The notes: generated from the letters alone by a model not told the origin. A stretch of 38,951 bases of DNA from Octopus bimaculoides (GCF_001194135.2 NC_068987.1:37702271-37741221), one strand, 5' to 3'. Counted from the first letter of the stretch, positions 24,611-36,780 are shown. Made by a program: numbers and translations.

Positions 24611-25817
24611 AAATATACTTAGAATGTATCCATACCATATGTATATGCATTAATGTTTATATACTAATTTTCCAGCATGTTATACTTCCCTCTCACACTT
24701 TTTTCTCTCCCTCCCCCTCTTTCTCTTTCTTGATATACTTATATATACATACACAAAAACATGCACGAATATGAGTGTTCACACGTGTTTGTGTGCGTGT
24801 ATATATATATATATATATNNNNNNNNNNNNNNNNNNNNNNNNNNNNNNNNNNNNNNNNNNNNNNNNNNNNNNNNNNNNNNNNNNNNNNNNNNNNNNNNNN
24901 NNNNNNNNNNNNNNNNNNNNNNNNNNNNNNNNNNNNNNNNNNNNNNNNNNNNNNNNNNNNNNNNNNNNNNNNNNNNNNNNNNNNNNNNNNNNNNNNNNNN
25001 NNNNNNNNNNNNNNNNNNNNNNNNNNNNNNNNNNNNNNNNNNNNNNNNNNNNNNNNNNNNNNNNNNNNNNNNNNNNNNNNNNNNNNNNNNNNNNNNNNNN
25101 NNNNNNNNNNNNNNNNNNNNNNNNNNNNNNNNNNNNNNNNNNNNNNNNNNNNNNNNNNNNNNNNNNNNNNNNNNNNNNNNNNNNNNNNNNNNNNNNNNNN
25201 NNNNNNNNNNNNNNNNNNNNNNNNNNNNNNNNNNNNNNNNNNNNNNNNNNNNNNNNNNNNNNNNNNNNNNNNNNNNNNNNNNNNNNNNNNNNNNNNNNNN
25301 NNNNNNNNNNNNNNNNNNNNNNNNNNNNNNNNNNNNNNNNNNNNNNNNNNNNNNNNNNNNNNNNNNNNNNNNNNNNNNNNNNNNNNNNNNNNNNNNNNNN
25401 NNNNNNNNNNNNNNNNNNNNNNNNNNNNNNNNNNNNNNNNNNNNNNNNNNNNNNNNNNNNNNNNNNNNNNNNNNNNNNNNNNNNNNNNNNNNNNNNNNNN
25501 NNNNNNNNNNNNNNNNNNNNNNNNNNNNNNNNNNNNNNNNNNNNNNNNNNNNNNNNNNNNNNNNNNNNNNNNNNNNNNNNNNNNNNNNNNNNNNNNNNNN
25601 NNNNNNNNNNNNNNNNNNNNNNNNNNNNNNNNNNNNNNNNNNNNNNNNNNNNNNNNNNNNNNNNNNNNNNNNNNNNNNNNNNNNNNNNNNNNNNNNNNNN
25701 NNNNNNNNNNNNNNNNNNNNNNNNNNNNNNNNNNNNNNNNNNNNNNNNNNNNNNNNNNNNNNNNNNNNNNNNNNNNNNNNNNNNNNNNNNNNNNNNNNNN
25801 NNNNNNNNNNNNNNNNN

Positions 25818-26456
25818 GAAATATTGCATTTCTAAATCTCTCAGAGAGAGTTATGCAGTAGCATCACGATAAAGTGAAGGTTTGTTGCCAACTTAATGTG
25901 GCAGTTCCAGGAAAGGGAAGAATGCTACTGCTATTTAGCCCCAGGAAACACCGTTTCCAGTTAGCTACGTGACACAAGCGTACGGTGTCCTTAAGTTTTC
26001 AAACAGGATAATTTTCAAACATCTCCCCTGTTTGAAAACTTATGGACACAGAACACTTGTGTCATGAAGCCAACTAGAAACGGAGTTTCTTGGGGCTAAA
26101 TAGCAGTAGTATTCTTCCTACTACTATAAAACCTACTAGTACATCAGCAGCAGTGACAATAGCTACAACAGCTGTGGTGATACAGTTTCTTAAGAGGTTA
26201 AAAGTCTTGAGAATTGCAGGGGGACACTGCTGACCTCCCCTGTTCGAAGGTTATAAAGGACACAGGTTTCGTGTGTCACATAGCTAGCTAGAGGCGATGG
26301 CTTCTTGGAGCTAATTCACGGCAGCTTTCGTCCTAATTTTGGGACTGCCATGTTGGCTTGGCGATAACTATTAATTTCCAGTACCGCTGCCGTAGTCTCC
26401 TTTAGAGAGACTTAGAAATATTAATAACTCTATTTCTGAAAACCAGTGGATAGATT
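25818..26456. repeat. Three copies of an unclassified structured repeat: A (+, 25818-26007), B (-, 26027-26118), C (-, 26218-~26430), with a 100-bp insert
   Basis: A vs reverse complement of B: 81/92 identical. C aligns to A more distantly over its length. Stems are conserved across copies. Confidence 0.8.
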
Positions 26457-27029
26457 NNNNNNNNNNNNNNNNNNNNNNNNNNNNNNNNNNNNNNNNNNNN
26501 NNNNNNNNNNNNNNNNNNNNNNNNNNNNNNNNNNNNNNNNNNNNNNNNNNNNNNNNNNNNNNNNNNNNNNNNNNNNNNNNNNNNNNNNNNNNNNNNNNNN
26601 NNNNNNNNNNNNNNNNNNNNNNNNNNNNNNNNNNNNNNNNNNNNNNNNNNNNNNNNNNNNNNNNNNNNNNNNNNNNNNNNNNNNNNNNNNNNNNNNNNNN
26701 NNNNNNNNNNNNNNNNNNNNNNNNNNNNNNNNNNNNNNNNNNNNNNNNNNNNNNNNNNNNNNNNNNNNNNNNNNNNNNNNNNNNNNNNNNNNNNNNNNNN
26801 NNNNNNNNNNNNNNNNNNNNNNNNNNNNNNNNNNNNNNNNNNNNNNNNNNNNNNNNNNNNNNNNNNNNNNNNNNNNNNNNNNNNNNNNNNNNNNNNNNNN
26901 NNNNNNNNNNNNNNNNNNNNNNNNNNNNNNNNNNNNNNNNNNNNNNNNNNNNNNNNNNNNNNNNNNNNNNNNNNNNNNNNNNNNNNNNNNNNNNNNNNNN
27001 NNNNNNNNNNNNNNNNNNNNNNNNNNNNN

Positions 27030-27069
<40 letters not shown>

Positions 27070-27108
27070 TATGCACACATACACACACACATTCATATAA
27101 AAAACACC

Positions 27109-28185
27109 AGAACCGGAAATAATTTTACATTGATAAACAGAGTTTCCAGTCTGAGTATGACTGCTAAGGAAACGAATACGATTCGAATTCATATCAGAAA
27201 TATTAATATTGTTGTTATTATTGTTCAAAGAATAGTTAATAATATCACTGTAATTATTTTCATTAATTGGATTTGTATTTAACAACTTATGGTTATGCGA
27301 AGAAATGATTTGTGAAAGGTTTTTGGTATTTGAAAAACCTATCCTAATTCGGTGTGAATTGATAATGTAATGGCATCTGGAAATTTTTTGGGAAAATTCT
27401 TATATATAGCTTCGCGAAATTGATAAGGGAGGCTGGATTTTATCTGCTCATCAAATGGAATGATCAACCAAACTGTTTTACTAGAACACACCTTAATATT
27501 AGTGTAATTATCATCTTTAAAAGTCCTAGACTTATTTTTATTACGTATAAAGAGATATAAAGAATGGTTATCTCACTTACGCTGCAAAATTACATTTTTC
27601 GATTTATTGTTGTTATTCGAAATAAAATTTATATTGTTATTACCGTTATGATGTGTTTTGATGTCCTGATGAATAGAGGCAGAATTAATGCCAGTGGGGT
27701 TAATATAGGTAATTTTTTTCGTTATAGCCTGCTTTAAGTTAGGCAGAGTTATAAAATTCGGCTTTATCGTTAAAGATATCAACATTAGTAGATAATCTAG
27801 AAAGTTTAAGTGAAATATTTCTAAGTTTCTTGTAATAGTCTTCGGATGATTCCTGAAAAAGCTAATATATTTTAAATTAGTTGAGGGTTTACGGTATGGG
27901 AAATATAAGTCATTATATAAGTTAAGGGTAATATCCAAAAAGTAGGCTTTAGTTATATCATAATGTTTAAACCCATGTTTAGGAAAAATTTAACCAACCT
28001 AGTTTTAAACCTTTGTAATTTTTGGTTAGAAACATTTTGAAGGTAGAGTAGGCAATCATCACGGTATAAAACTCCATTGATGTTTGAGAATTGATCAGCC
28101 ATCTCATAAAGGATATATATATACCGACCAAATCAGCCAATTGTGCTGAGTCAGAAATTCCCATCGTGAGATCAAAACCGTCAGG
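27109..28185 (-). pseudogene. Penelope-like element RT region (inverted segment)
   Basis: MGISDSAQLADLVGIY, GVLYRDDCL (YRDD at 28055-28066), DITLNLYNDLYFPYRKP, RNHP, IRIGFSNTKNLSQIISSHN, ending in GNSVYQCKI. Confidence 0.88.
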
Positions 28186-28194
28186 CGTGTCTTT

Positions 28195-28900
28195 TCGTAT
28201 TCGTTTCCTTAGCAGTAATTCTAAGACTAGAAACTCTGTTTATCAATGTAAAATTACTTCCGGTTCTAATATCTTTTTTATATTGGTAGCTCATCGTCTC
28301 AGTAGTCAAAAAGAATATCTAACCATTATTCTACATTTAGACATATCAATAAACGCAACAATACTGGGCTTAGTAAATTCATTTGGTCTCTAAAGTAACA
28401 TAAACAATTCGGTTTGAAATGGAAAATTCTATCTAAATCCTTCCCATATGACAAAAGTAAATCTGTTTGCTCTGTAACGAAGAGCAATTTCTCATCCTTT
28501 TCTCGGAGAAAACTCTTGTAAACACGTTTAAAGAACGCGTTTATCGTTGTAAACTTCGACAAAAACATACCTTCAGTTCCTGTAAGAAATTTCTACCAAT
28601 CCATAAAATTCAACCTTTAACTGTCTTCTTACATTTCATTTCCACTGCATATGTTTATATCCACGCTTTTAAACTTTATTCCCATTCATCTATCACACTA
28701 CGTTTTTTCACTCATAATTTTCTGTTCATTTCTTTTTTTTTTCTCCTCCTTCTCTTTCTCTAAATTATCTTTGACGTTAAATCTATTAACGGTTTTTAAA
28801 AAAATAACTTACTAGCGTTCTCCTCACATCATATACTTACGTACGCATTAATCACGTTCGGTTAAAATGGCTTATTGATGTGTCGTGTTTCTCTTTCTTT
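28195..28900 (+). pseudogene. Penelope-like element GIY-YIG endonuclease and 3' region
   Basis: RNSVYQCKITSGSNIF(FY)IG, RISNHYSTF, NTGLSKFIWSL, LKWKILSKS, LCNEEQFLIL, CKLRQKHTFS. Right boundary approximate. Confidence 0.82.
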
Positions 28901-29083
28901 TTCCCCGACGAGATGATTGCATTGTTTTACATCATTTGTATTCCTTCCGGAATAATCTCAATACTTTTTTCGAAACATATGCTGGAAGTATAAATGATTT
29001 GAATAACGCATGCGTTTGACTCCATTCTTAATTTATCCAAGTTATACAAAAGCATTTCACTTAACACAGGAATTTCTACCTTT

Positions 29084-29470
29084 GTTGTTGTTGGCACTCG
29101 GTCGCTTACGACGTCGAGGGTTCCAGTTGATCCGATCAACGGAACAGCCTGCACGTGAAATTAACGTGCAAGTGTCTGAGCACTCCACAGGCACGTGTAC
29201 CCTTATCGTAGTTTTTGGGGATATTCAGCGTGACACAGTGTGACAAGGCCGACCCTTTGAATTACAGGCACAACAGAAATAGGAAGTAAGAGTGAGAGAA
29301 AGTTGTGGTGAAAGAGTACAGCAGGGTTCGCCACCATCCCCTGCCGGAGCTTCGTGGAGCTTTAGATGTTTTCGCTCAATAAACACTCACAACGCCCGGT
29401 CTGGGAATCGAAACCGCGATCCTATGACCGCGAGTCCGCTGCTCTAACCACTGGGCCATTGCGCCTCCAC
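29084..29470 (-). mobile_element. tRNA-derived SINE, family D, full length, (CAA)n tail
   Basis: Head GGAGGCGCAATGGCCCAGTGGTTAGAGCAGCGGACTCGCGG...GGTTTCGATTCC; tail ...GAGTGCCAACAACAAC; probable 9-bp TSD TCTACCTTT (29075-29083) / TCTACATTT (29471-29479). Confidence 0.9.
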
Positions 29471-31559
29471 TCTACATTTATAAGTAGGTTGTAATATCCT
29501 TGGCACTTATGTGAATTTTTACTACCTTGGATAAGACAGTCGTAACATTACTACCTGCTTTTATAGCAAGTTGATGCAGGTAATTTATCCCATCCCCTCC
29601 GACTTTTAGTTCATGCAATTGAAAAAAGAAAACTCATTATTTATGAGATGACCCAATAAATATAAGACAGAAAAATATGAGATGCCCACAGCGAGAATGT
29701 TTATGAAGATAGTGGTGCAGAAGTGGTATTGAAGTTGTTGGTATCTTCGTTGTTGACGCTGTTGTTACTTATAAGTGTCAAACAGAAACAAATTGGCAGT
29801 ACGTTTCAAATATCGACATTTCTCTTTTTGCATTACGACATTTCCCCCCGCTCCCTCACTCACCCTCACTTTCATCTTCGCTTCCACTTTCACCTCTACT
29901 CTCAGTCCCCAACACATTTATCCCCATCTTCACCTCCCACCAACTCCACTTCTGCCCTCGTCTCTACCTCAAGACTATCTTTATTCCTACTTCCACCATT
30001 ACCTATTTCGTCCACACATTTCCTTCCACTGTCTTGCTACTTTGCCTCCGTTGCAACCCTTTACCTTCCATTCCTTCATAAGATCTTTTATTTAAAGTAA
30101 ATATCTATGTACCTTACGTCGACAGGACAGCAAATATTGTGTGTTACAGAAAGTGTCATATAGATATCAAGTTTGGCATCTCTATATTTTTTATATTCAA
30201 ATCTCTATTGTCCAGGTTACACACTGTACTTTATAACTTTAATCTGAATTGTGGTTACTCAGCGGTACAAAATCCAAAAGTGTACCACTGTCATTCACTG
30301 TTTACTCTGCTTTAAAGACTGAAATCGCAGCCACTGGTTGAAATTGTTAAACGTAATGCTGACTATACATTTGTGGCCCTGGACATGGGTCAAAGAAACG
30401 CAAGACTCAATAAAAGATAGAAGACATAAAGTAAATCCATGGCTAGAAGTGACTTTTGTGTCGCAGTATGGGAGGGAGATCAAAACGGGCGTAAGAAAGG
30501 TAATTTGTGATCAGGAAGAGCCAAAATGAATTTACGAATTCTCATGACTCCCGAAGGCTACGGAGCGATGCCATTACTGTACCCCGTATAAGGAACTGAG
30601 AAAAACAGTATTGGATGTATGATATAGGGTAAAAACCCCGTTGTCAAATTTGTCAGAGTAAATCTCACCGAATAACGGGGAAGATTAAGCCAAGAAAAGG
30701 AGCCCTCTCCCAGTTTTGAGATCATCATCAACCAAAGCTCTGGAGGTAGCAAATAGAGTATCTTTAGGCCCAGTGAGCAAATACATCGACCACTAACAGT
30801 ACCAACCTGTACAATAACAGGATGATACTGTGAAGATGTGGTAGAAATATAAATGATGAAAATGTAGTATCACATCTTCATCGTACGTTGAAAAAGATAT
30901 TTACAGATGAGAATATGAAGGGAAAAAGGAGGAATACGCAAAAATGACTTGACATAAAACAAGGAAAGCAAGTTGGGAGGGAAAGAGTTCTAAACGACAA
31001 TGAAACCCACACTCAAGTAAAACGGTAAAGAAAATGCAAAAGACAAAGCGAACTAAGATTCACCGTTTTTCGAAAATTAAACAATTAATAGACAAACTTA
31101 CGCATCTCTTGACACAAAATATATAACTTTAAGTTTAATTAATTCACGGAAGGTAAAATTAAAATTATGACTTTATATTGTACTTGAAAAAAAAGATACC
31201 CGTAAGATATTGGTGTTTTTCTAAACAATGAATTTGGTTGCACTTGAACGTAATTTGAAAAGTCATTAAGTATCCAATTGAACCTAATCAGAAAATCTTT
31301 CATGTCATATTTCAGTAAATTGTATATTGTTTTAATTATTTTCTATTTTATTGTATGCTATTTTATTTCGGGGTCAATATGTGAGTAAATACATTGATAT
31401 GTGTATATCTATGTATTTGCGTGTGCATGCGTGTTCATGTGTGTACATGTAAGTAAATTTATGTATACGTATGCATGTATATGTATATATATATATGTGT
31501 GTCTGTGTGTATATGTGTGTGAATGTGTGTGCGCGCGTGTGTGTGTACAAATGTATGTA

Positions 31560-32430
31560 TACGAGGTTCATTTTAGAAGGCTTCAGTTATTTTAGGAGAG
31601 ACTGTTATAATCTGTACTAGATCTACTAATTTTAGTATATCTTTACTATACATCCAATAAGTTGACCTGCCAACTTTTGTTATTTCCAGATTGAAGGAGA
31701 CGGCTGCAACAGTATTTTGAACGCACCACACTAAACACTGCTTATCACAGCTGACTAGTCTGCAGAATGTAGTAGGGACGTTTGGAAGCTCGATATGCAA
31801 TAATGCTTTGTATTAAATAAGCAAAAAAACACTACAGAAACTTATGGAATGCTGCAGACCGCATGTGAATTAACTTTTTGACTGATGCATGAGGCTTAAG
31901 GATGGTAGAGATTGGTGAGAGACGAACATAGATGTAAGAGGGAAAGCAGGGTTAGAATAGAACTGGTTGAGAATATTCACAATCTTCTGGATGAAAAGCG
32001 TTGCGTGTCTATAAAGACAATTAGCACACAATTTGGAGTTTGTGTGGTAACTGCACACATAATTATTCATGAATATTTAAACATGTAAAAATTTCGTTCC
32101 CAGAGTACTCAGTGATGAGCATCCTGATCATCAACTACTTCACAGAGATGAGCATCAAAACTGCCCTACAGTTCAGAATTAACATATGGTTCACTTTGTG
32201 ACCGTTCTTGGTTGTTCCTCATGCGGAGGAAGAACTTCAGGGGGAGCTGTTTTGGAGATGAAGAAGGCTGTAACTAAGGTCCTGGACACCTTCACCTTAG
32301 AAAACTGCTATGGTGTCTTCACGAAGTGACTGGAACGCTACAAATACATTGGAGCCAGAGGATCCTATTTTGAAGATTAGAGTTTTACACTCCTTTGAAA
32401 TTAGTGAATATCTCTTCTGAAAACGTCCGT
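31560..32430 (+). mobile_element. Internally deleted mariner (DD34D-type)
   Basis: TA|CGAGG terminus; HTH-like VSIKTISTQFGVCVVTAHIIIHEYLNM; FVPRVLSDEH; LFP-like block; C-terminal KYIGARGSYFED*. The catalytic middle is missing. Confidence 0.8.
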
Positions 32431-32719
32431 CCTTCCATATATTGTATAACAGTTTTTAAATTCCTTTTGAAATTTGTAAATGTATTTTTGATTTTCAAAC
32501 TCTACATTATCCTTTCTTTCTATGTAAGCCTTCGTGAAAATTTTGCATTTTTATATTTCTATAAGCCCTTTGTGATTAATAAAGAAAGAATTATTATTAT
32601 TCATTATTATAATCGTTGATGAGTTGTTGTATTTCAGTATTGGTGTTGAAGAATTAGGAACATTTTATATCTTCTATACAGCAGTTTTTTTTCCTGTTCT
32701 TAATATGTGCCCTTAGTTT

Positions 32720-34560
32720 GAATTGTGGACATTCCAGATTATTGTTTCTGGCTAAATCTAGTACACATATTTTCTTCAGTGCACCCGCTTACAAATTAAA
32801 ATAAAGTTTTTCAAACATTGCTTCCAAATTTTTACTCACTGTTCCCAAGACTCGAATGATAATTTGCAGGATAATGATAGCTTTAATTTCTTTCGGCCAG
32901 TATTTCAAGATTTCAGGATTTCATACAATTTTTAATGGACATACTACGCCTGTTTCAATATACTGTTTCCTTTCATATTGTATGCAGTTTTGCAGTTTGT
33001 CTAGAAAACTCCCACAACAACCTCACTTTGTCGATCTCGAGCATTTCTATTCGCACAAAATGGATTTAACCCTGTCCTGTGCATGCAAAACCAAATTCCT
33101 TCAAAACTCCCAGTGAATCAACTCAGCAGTCTTATCTTGCTTCCACTTTTTATATTCATTCCGAGACAATGACTTTCCGAGACAATGGACTTTCCGATAC
33201 AAAGTGAGTTGTAGTATCATCTGAATCATCGTACTTTCTATATTTGAGCGAACAGTTCTACTGATTTAACATTCTTTTGATCCAAGTTTTTCTTACGGCC
33301 TGTTTCTGTGATGCTAAACTCTTTCTCTTGGTCTCTTTATTCATTGCTTCTTTCTATTTAACTCGTAGCTAGTTGCCCTTGCGATCGTTTATCTCTTTAG
33401 TATTTCTTTAAAAAACGTAATGAAATTTCTTCCGCTTTAAGTTTCATTTCCTCTTTTTCCTATGTTTCTGTTTTCTCTTATTGGATTTTACAAATTCACT
33501 TAATAGTCTACCTCCTTAAGGAATGTTTCTCAAACCTAAACTTACCTCCTCTAGTTCTACTACCTCTTCGATACTTATAAATCCTCTTCTTTCTGCTCTT
33601 TTCCTATATTACCTGTTTACAGCCACTTGAGAATGCATTCTGCTGTGCATTGTAGGTTGCTTTCTTGTTTTCCTGTCAATATTACTTAGATATATTGCTG
33701 CCTTCTAAGTTGATTGCTTAAATGGTATCTCACGCATTCAATTTGATTTTAAAATATTTATTCTGCGAAACTATTCTTTACTGAGTGCTTCATTCATTTC
33801 TATAATTTTGATTTTGTCGTTTTCGGGTATTCCCAAGTACTTTTGTTTCTCTTGTTTTCATCATTAAATAGATCTATCCCAGTACTTGACTTTTCCGCTC
33901 TGCCTCTATCAAAGCACATTTCTCCATTCTGAATGCCATTTCAATGAGGCTACTAAGAATTTTTACGGTTTGCGCCAAAGAGCCCTTAAGCTTTGTTTTT
34001 ACCCTAAAGTTTAAAGCATTCTTAAATAGATTATTCACTTTCCTCCTATTTTTTCCGAGATATATCCTTGCTCATATTTGTTTTGTATAATAAACAAAGC
34101 TATCAATGCGATTAGAAACAAAATAGGGGAGAGGCTGTCCTATTGAAAGATTTCTATTCTAATCTATATTTCCGATCATCTTTTCCCCTCCTGGATTGAC
34201 TCTATTCTGGAACGTCATAGTTGATGGTTAATGTCTCCTAGTGTTTTACGAGATCTTGAAATGATCTAGGCAGCGCTTGATCCAGACTGTAACAAGGTCG
34301 CACTTTTTTCTATAATCAATCTATCCGATGCAAAAACTTAATTGGTCTTTCCTATCCTGATAGCCTTGCAGCTTATCAGACATTACGCATTGCTCAAGTA
34401 AGTATTCATATACTCCTGCAATTATCTCTGTAAGGAAGTTCAACACTGGTAAACGCAAAATTAGTTGGTAATTTGATGCAACGTTTCCTTTCAATTTGCC
34501 TTTCAGTATTAATCAGGTTTTCTTGCCTCAGCGCGGAAGTTAATTTGCACTTCAGTTCCA
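32720..34560 (-). pseudogene. R4/Dong-like LINE, 3' ~1.8 kb (RT, CCHC, restriction-like endonuclease)
   Basis: IFQ*DSLSPILFLIAL (34116-34139), KYLGIP, RGFISIEEVV, SLASQKQAVRK, THFVSE, NEYKKWKQD, IHWEF, VRLLWEF, RVLGTVSKNL. Confidence 0.85.
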
Positions 34561-34908
34561 TAAACTATTAGAAAATTGTATCCAGATTGGAATTTAATCG
34601 TATAAATAAATCTACTCCACTGCATTTCGATTAATTGCCGGTTTAAAATATTCTGACGCACGAGCAGAAATATCGGGATCACTACAACACCGAGGAAACT
34701 GAATATGAATGGGTGTCATACATGTGACATGGCTGACCACAGATTGTCGCCTTGATCCAGTTGGCTGTAGTCATGAACGAAGTTTAGATCGAGGTTGAGT
34801 GTTAGGCATCTAGACTATTTCATGCCTTCGACAAGAATACAACATTGGCATTTTACAGAGAGTAAGTGTAGAATTTGAGCGACGATGGTCTGGGAACGAT
34901 TCTGAGCA

Positions 34909-34976
34909 TCTATCTGGATAATTTGAGAGCGTCTGTCTGGATAATCTGAGAGTGTCTATCAGGAGAATCGGAAGCG
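34909..34976. repeat. ~23-bp minisatellite, 3 copies
   Basis: TCTATCTGGATAATTTGAGAGCG / TCTGTCTGGATAATCTGAGAGTG / TCTATCAGGAGAATCGGAAGCG. Confidence 0.8.
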
Positions 34977-35409
34977 TGGATATTTTCCAAATACATGTTG
35001 GCTACGACGAAGAAAATAGTAAAGTGGACATGGTGAATCAATTTCTTCAATCACTATCGGAGGTGAAAGTGGGGTTCGTGAGATAAGTGATTCTTTCCAG
35101 TGTATTTTACGAAAATTGAGCGAGAGAAATGAAATTGATGTGGTTGAATGAATCTACTTCGATTAAACCTTTCTAAATAGGAGTATCAAACCTGGGATAG
35201 GTGGCTTTTAATGCCTTTCCTAGGTCAGAGTAATTCAGAATTCTTCTAAGAGGGATTCTATCCCTTGGGTAGTTTTCTGGCTTACATGTTAAGGCTATCT
35301 ATTAATTTTACCATCTTTTTACTCATTGTAAATCCCATTATAGTGTGCTACATCCCTGTACTACCCTAAACGTCATGCGCCCTTGTGACCAATGAAATAA
35401 GTTGATTTA

Positions 35410-35522
35410 TGATTATTATTGTTGTTGTTGTAGTTGTTATAGTAGTAGTAGTAGTTGTTGTTGTTGTCGTCGTTGTTGTTGTTGTTGTTGTTGTTGTTGT
35501 TCTTCTTCTTCTTCTTCTTCTT

Positions 35523-35620
<98 letters not shown>

Positions 35621-35690
35621 TACTACTACTACTACTGTTGTTGTCGTTCGTTCTTGCTGTTATTGTGGTTGTTATCATTATCATTATTAT
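35410..35690. repeat. Compound trinucleotide microsatellite (GTT/AGT, GTT, CTT, ATT, ACT)
   Basis: Blocks of pure triplets directly visible. Confidence 0.97.
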
Positions 35691-35691
35691 T

Positions 35692-35776
35692 AAGGCGGCG
35701 AGCTGGCAGAATTGTTAACACTCTGCGCAAAATGCTTAACAGAATTTCTTCCATCTCTAGGTTCTGAGCTCAAGTG
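35692..35776 (+). mobile_element. SINE family B, 5' fragment
   Basis: AAGGCGGCGAGCTGGCAGAATTGTTAACAC...AAATGCTTAAC...GTTCTGAGCTCAA. Confidence 0.78.
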
Positions 35777-35808
35777 GATGTTTCATATATCTGTGTATAT
35801 ATATATAA

Positions 35809-35859
<51 letters not shown>

Positions 35860-35869
35860 ATTGTGTATG

Positions 35870-35906
<37 letters not shown>

Positions 35907-36216
35907 NNNNNNNNNNNNNNNNNNNNNNNNNNNNNNNNNNNNNNNNNNNNNNNNNNNNNNNNNNNNNNNNNNNNNNNNNNNNNNNNNNNNNNNNNNNNNN
36001 NNNNNNNNNNNNNNNNNNNNNNNNNNNNNNNNNNNNNNNNNNNNNNNNNNNNNNNNNNNNNNNNNNNNNNNNNNNNNNNNNNNNNNAAACCAGTAAAAAT
36101 AACAAGATAATTCCAAATCCTGGATTTCTGGCATTGCATAAATAATAATGCTTTGCCTTCATCAGTGGAATATACTCAAGTACATAAATACAAATACATG
36201 TATATAAATAATTTTG

Positions 36217-36260
<44 letters not shown>

Positions 36261-36479
36261 ACTGAAAAAATTACATGTATATGTAATTTGTTGACTCTTT
36301 GTTAATTCAAAATTTTATCAATTATCTTTTCATATGACAGATGTCCAAACGCAAATCTGGAAGTATGTATAATACTACTCCTAGATAGCACTGGTTGAAA
36401 TCTGAAGGTGGACGAGCTCTATACTGTACTCTATTACGTTCTTAACAGAATATACCATAACTATATATGTATGTATATA

Positions 36480-36504
36480 TATGTATGTGCGTTCGTGTGT
36501 GTGT

Positions 36505-36547
<43 letters not shown>

Positions 36548-36780
36548 TGTGTATGTGTGTGTGTGCGTGTGTCTTTCTGTCTGTGTTTGTCCCCTATCAC
36601 AACTTGACAACCAGTGTTGCTTTGTTTACGTCCCCGTTACTTAGCGGTTCGGCAAAGAGACCGTTAGAATAAATACCAGACTTAAAAAGAAAAAGAGTCG
36701 ATTCGTTCGACTAAAATACTTCAAGGCAGTGCTCCAGCACGGCCGCAATCGAATGAATGAAACAAGTAAAAGATAAATGA
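36480..36780 (+). mobile_element. SINE family A, 3' half with internal (GT)n; an inverted head fragment follows at 36793-36838
   Basis: TGTGTTTGTCCC...GTTTACGTCCCCGTTACTTAGCGGTTCGGCAAAGAGACCG...GTGCTCCAGCACGGCCGCA...GAAACAAGTAAAAGA is the reverse complement of 1050-1260. Confidence 0.82.

Noticed and set aside
23099-27285. Long ORFs of 175-378 aa in the ORF track
   Set aside because: They consist mostly of X from N gaps and microsatellite translations, so they are artefacts.
27666-27672. Hammerhead core CTGATGA
   Set aside because: It lies antisense within Penelope RT coding sequence, with no stem II plus GAAA in register.
28905-28945. Penelope 3' hammerhead remnant (CCGACGAG followed by a short stem)
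   Set aside because: The core is mutated and no GAAA or stem III follows.
29390-29470. tRNA gene (also heads at 1390-1455 and 21590-21662)
   Set aside because: A/B boxes run into SINE bodies and tails, and no complete cloverleaf is evident.
29700-30100. 125-aa and 106-aa plus-strand ORFs
   Set aside because: Pyrimidine-rich low-complexity DNA that lacks stops by composition; no recognisable domain.
35373-35767. Poly-N/K/L/I/Y/V ORFs (similarly poly-HT, poly-SL and poly-CV ORFs elsewhere)
   Set aside because: These are translations of simple repeats with no protein signal.
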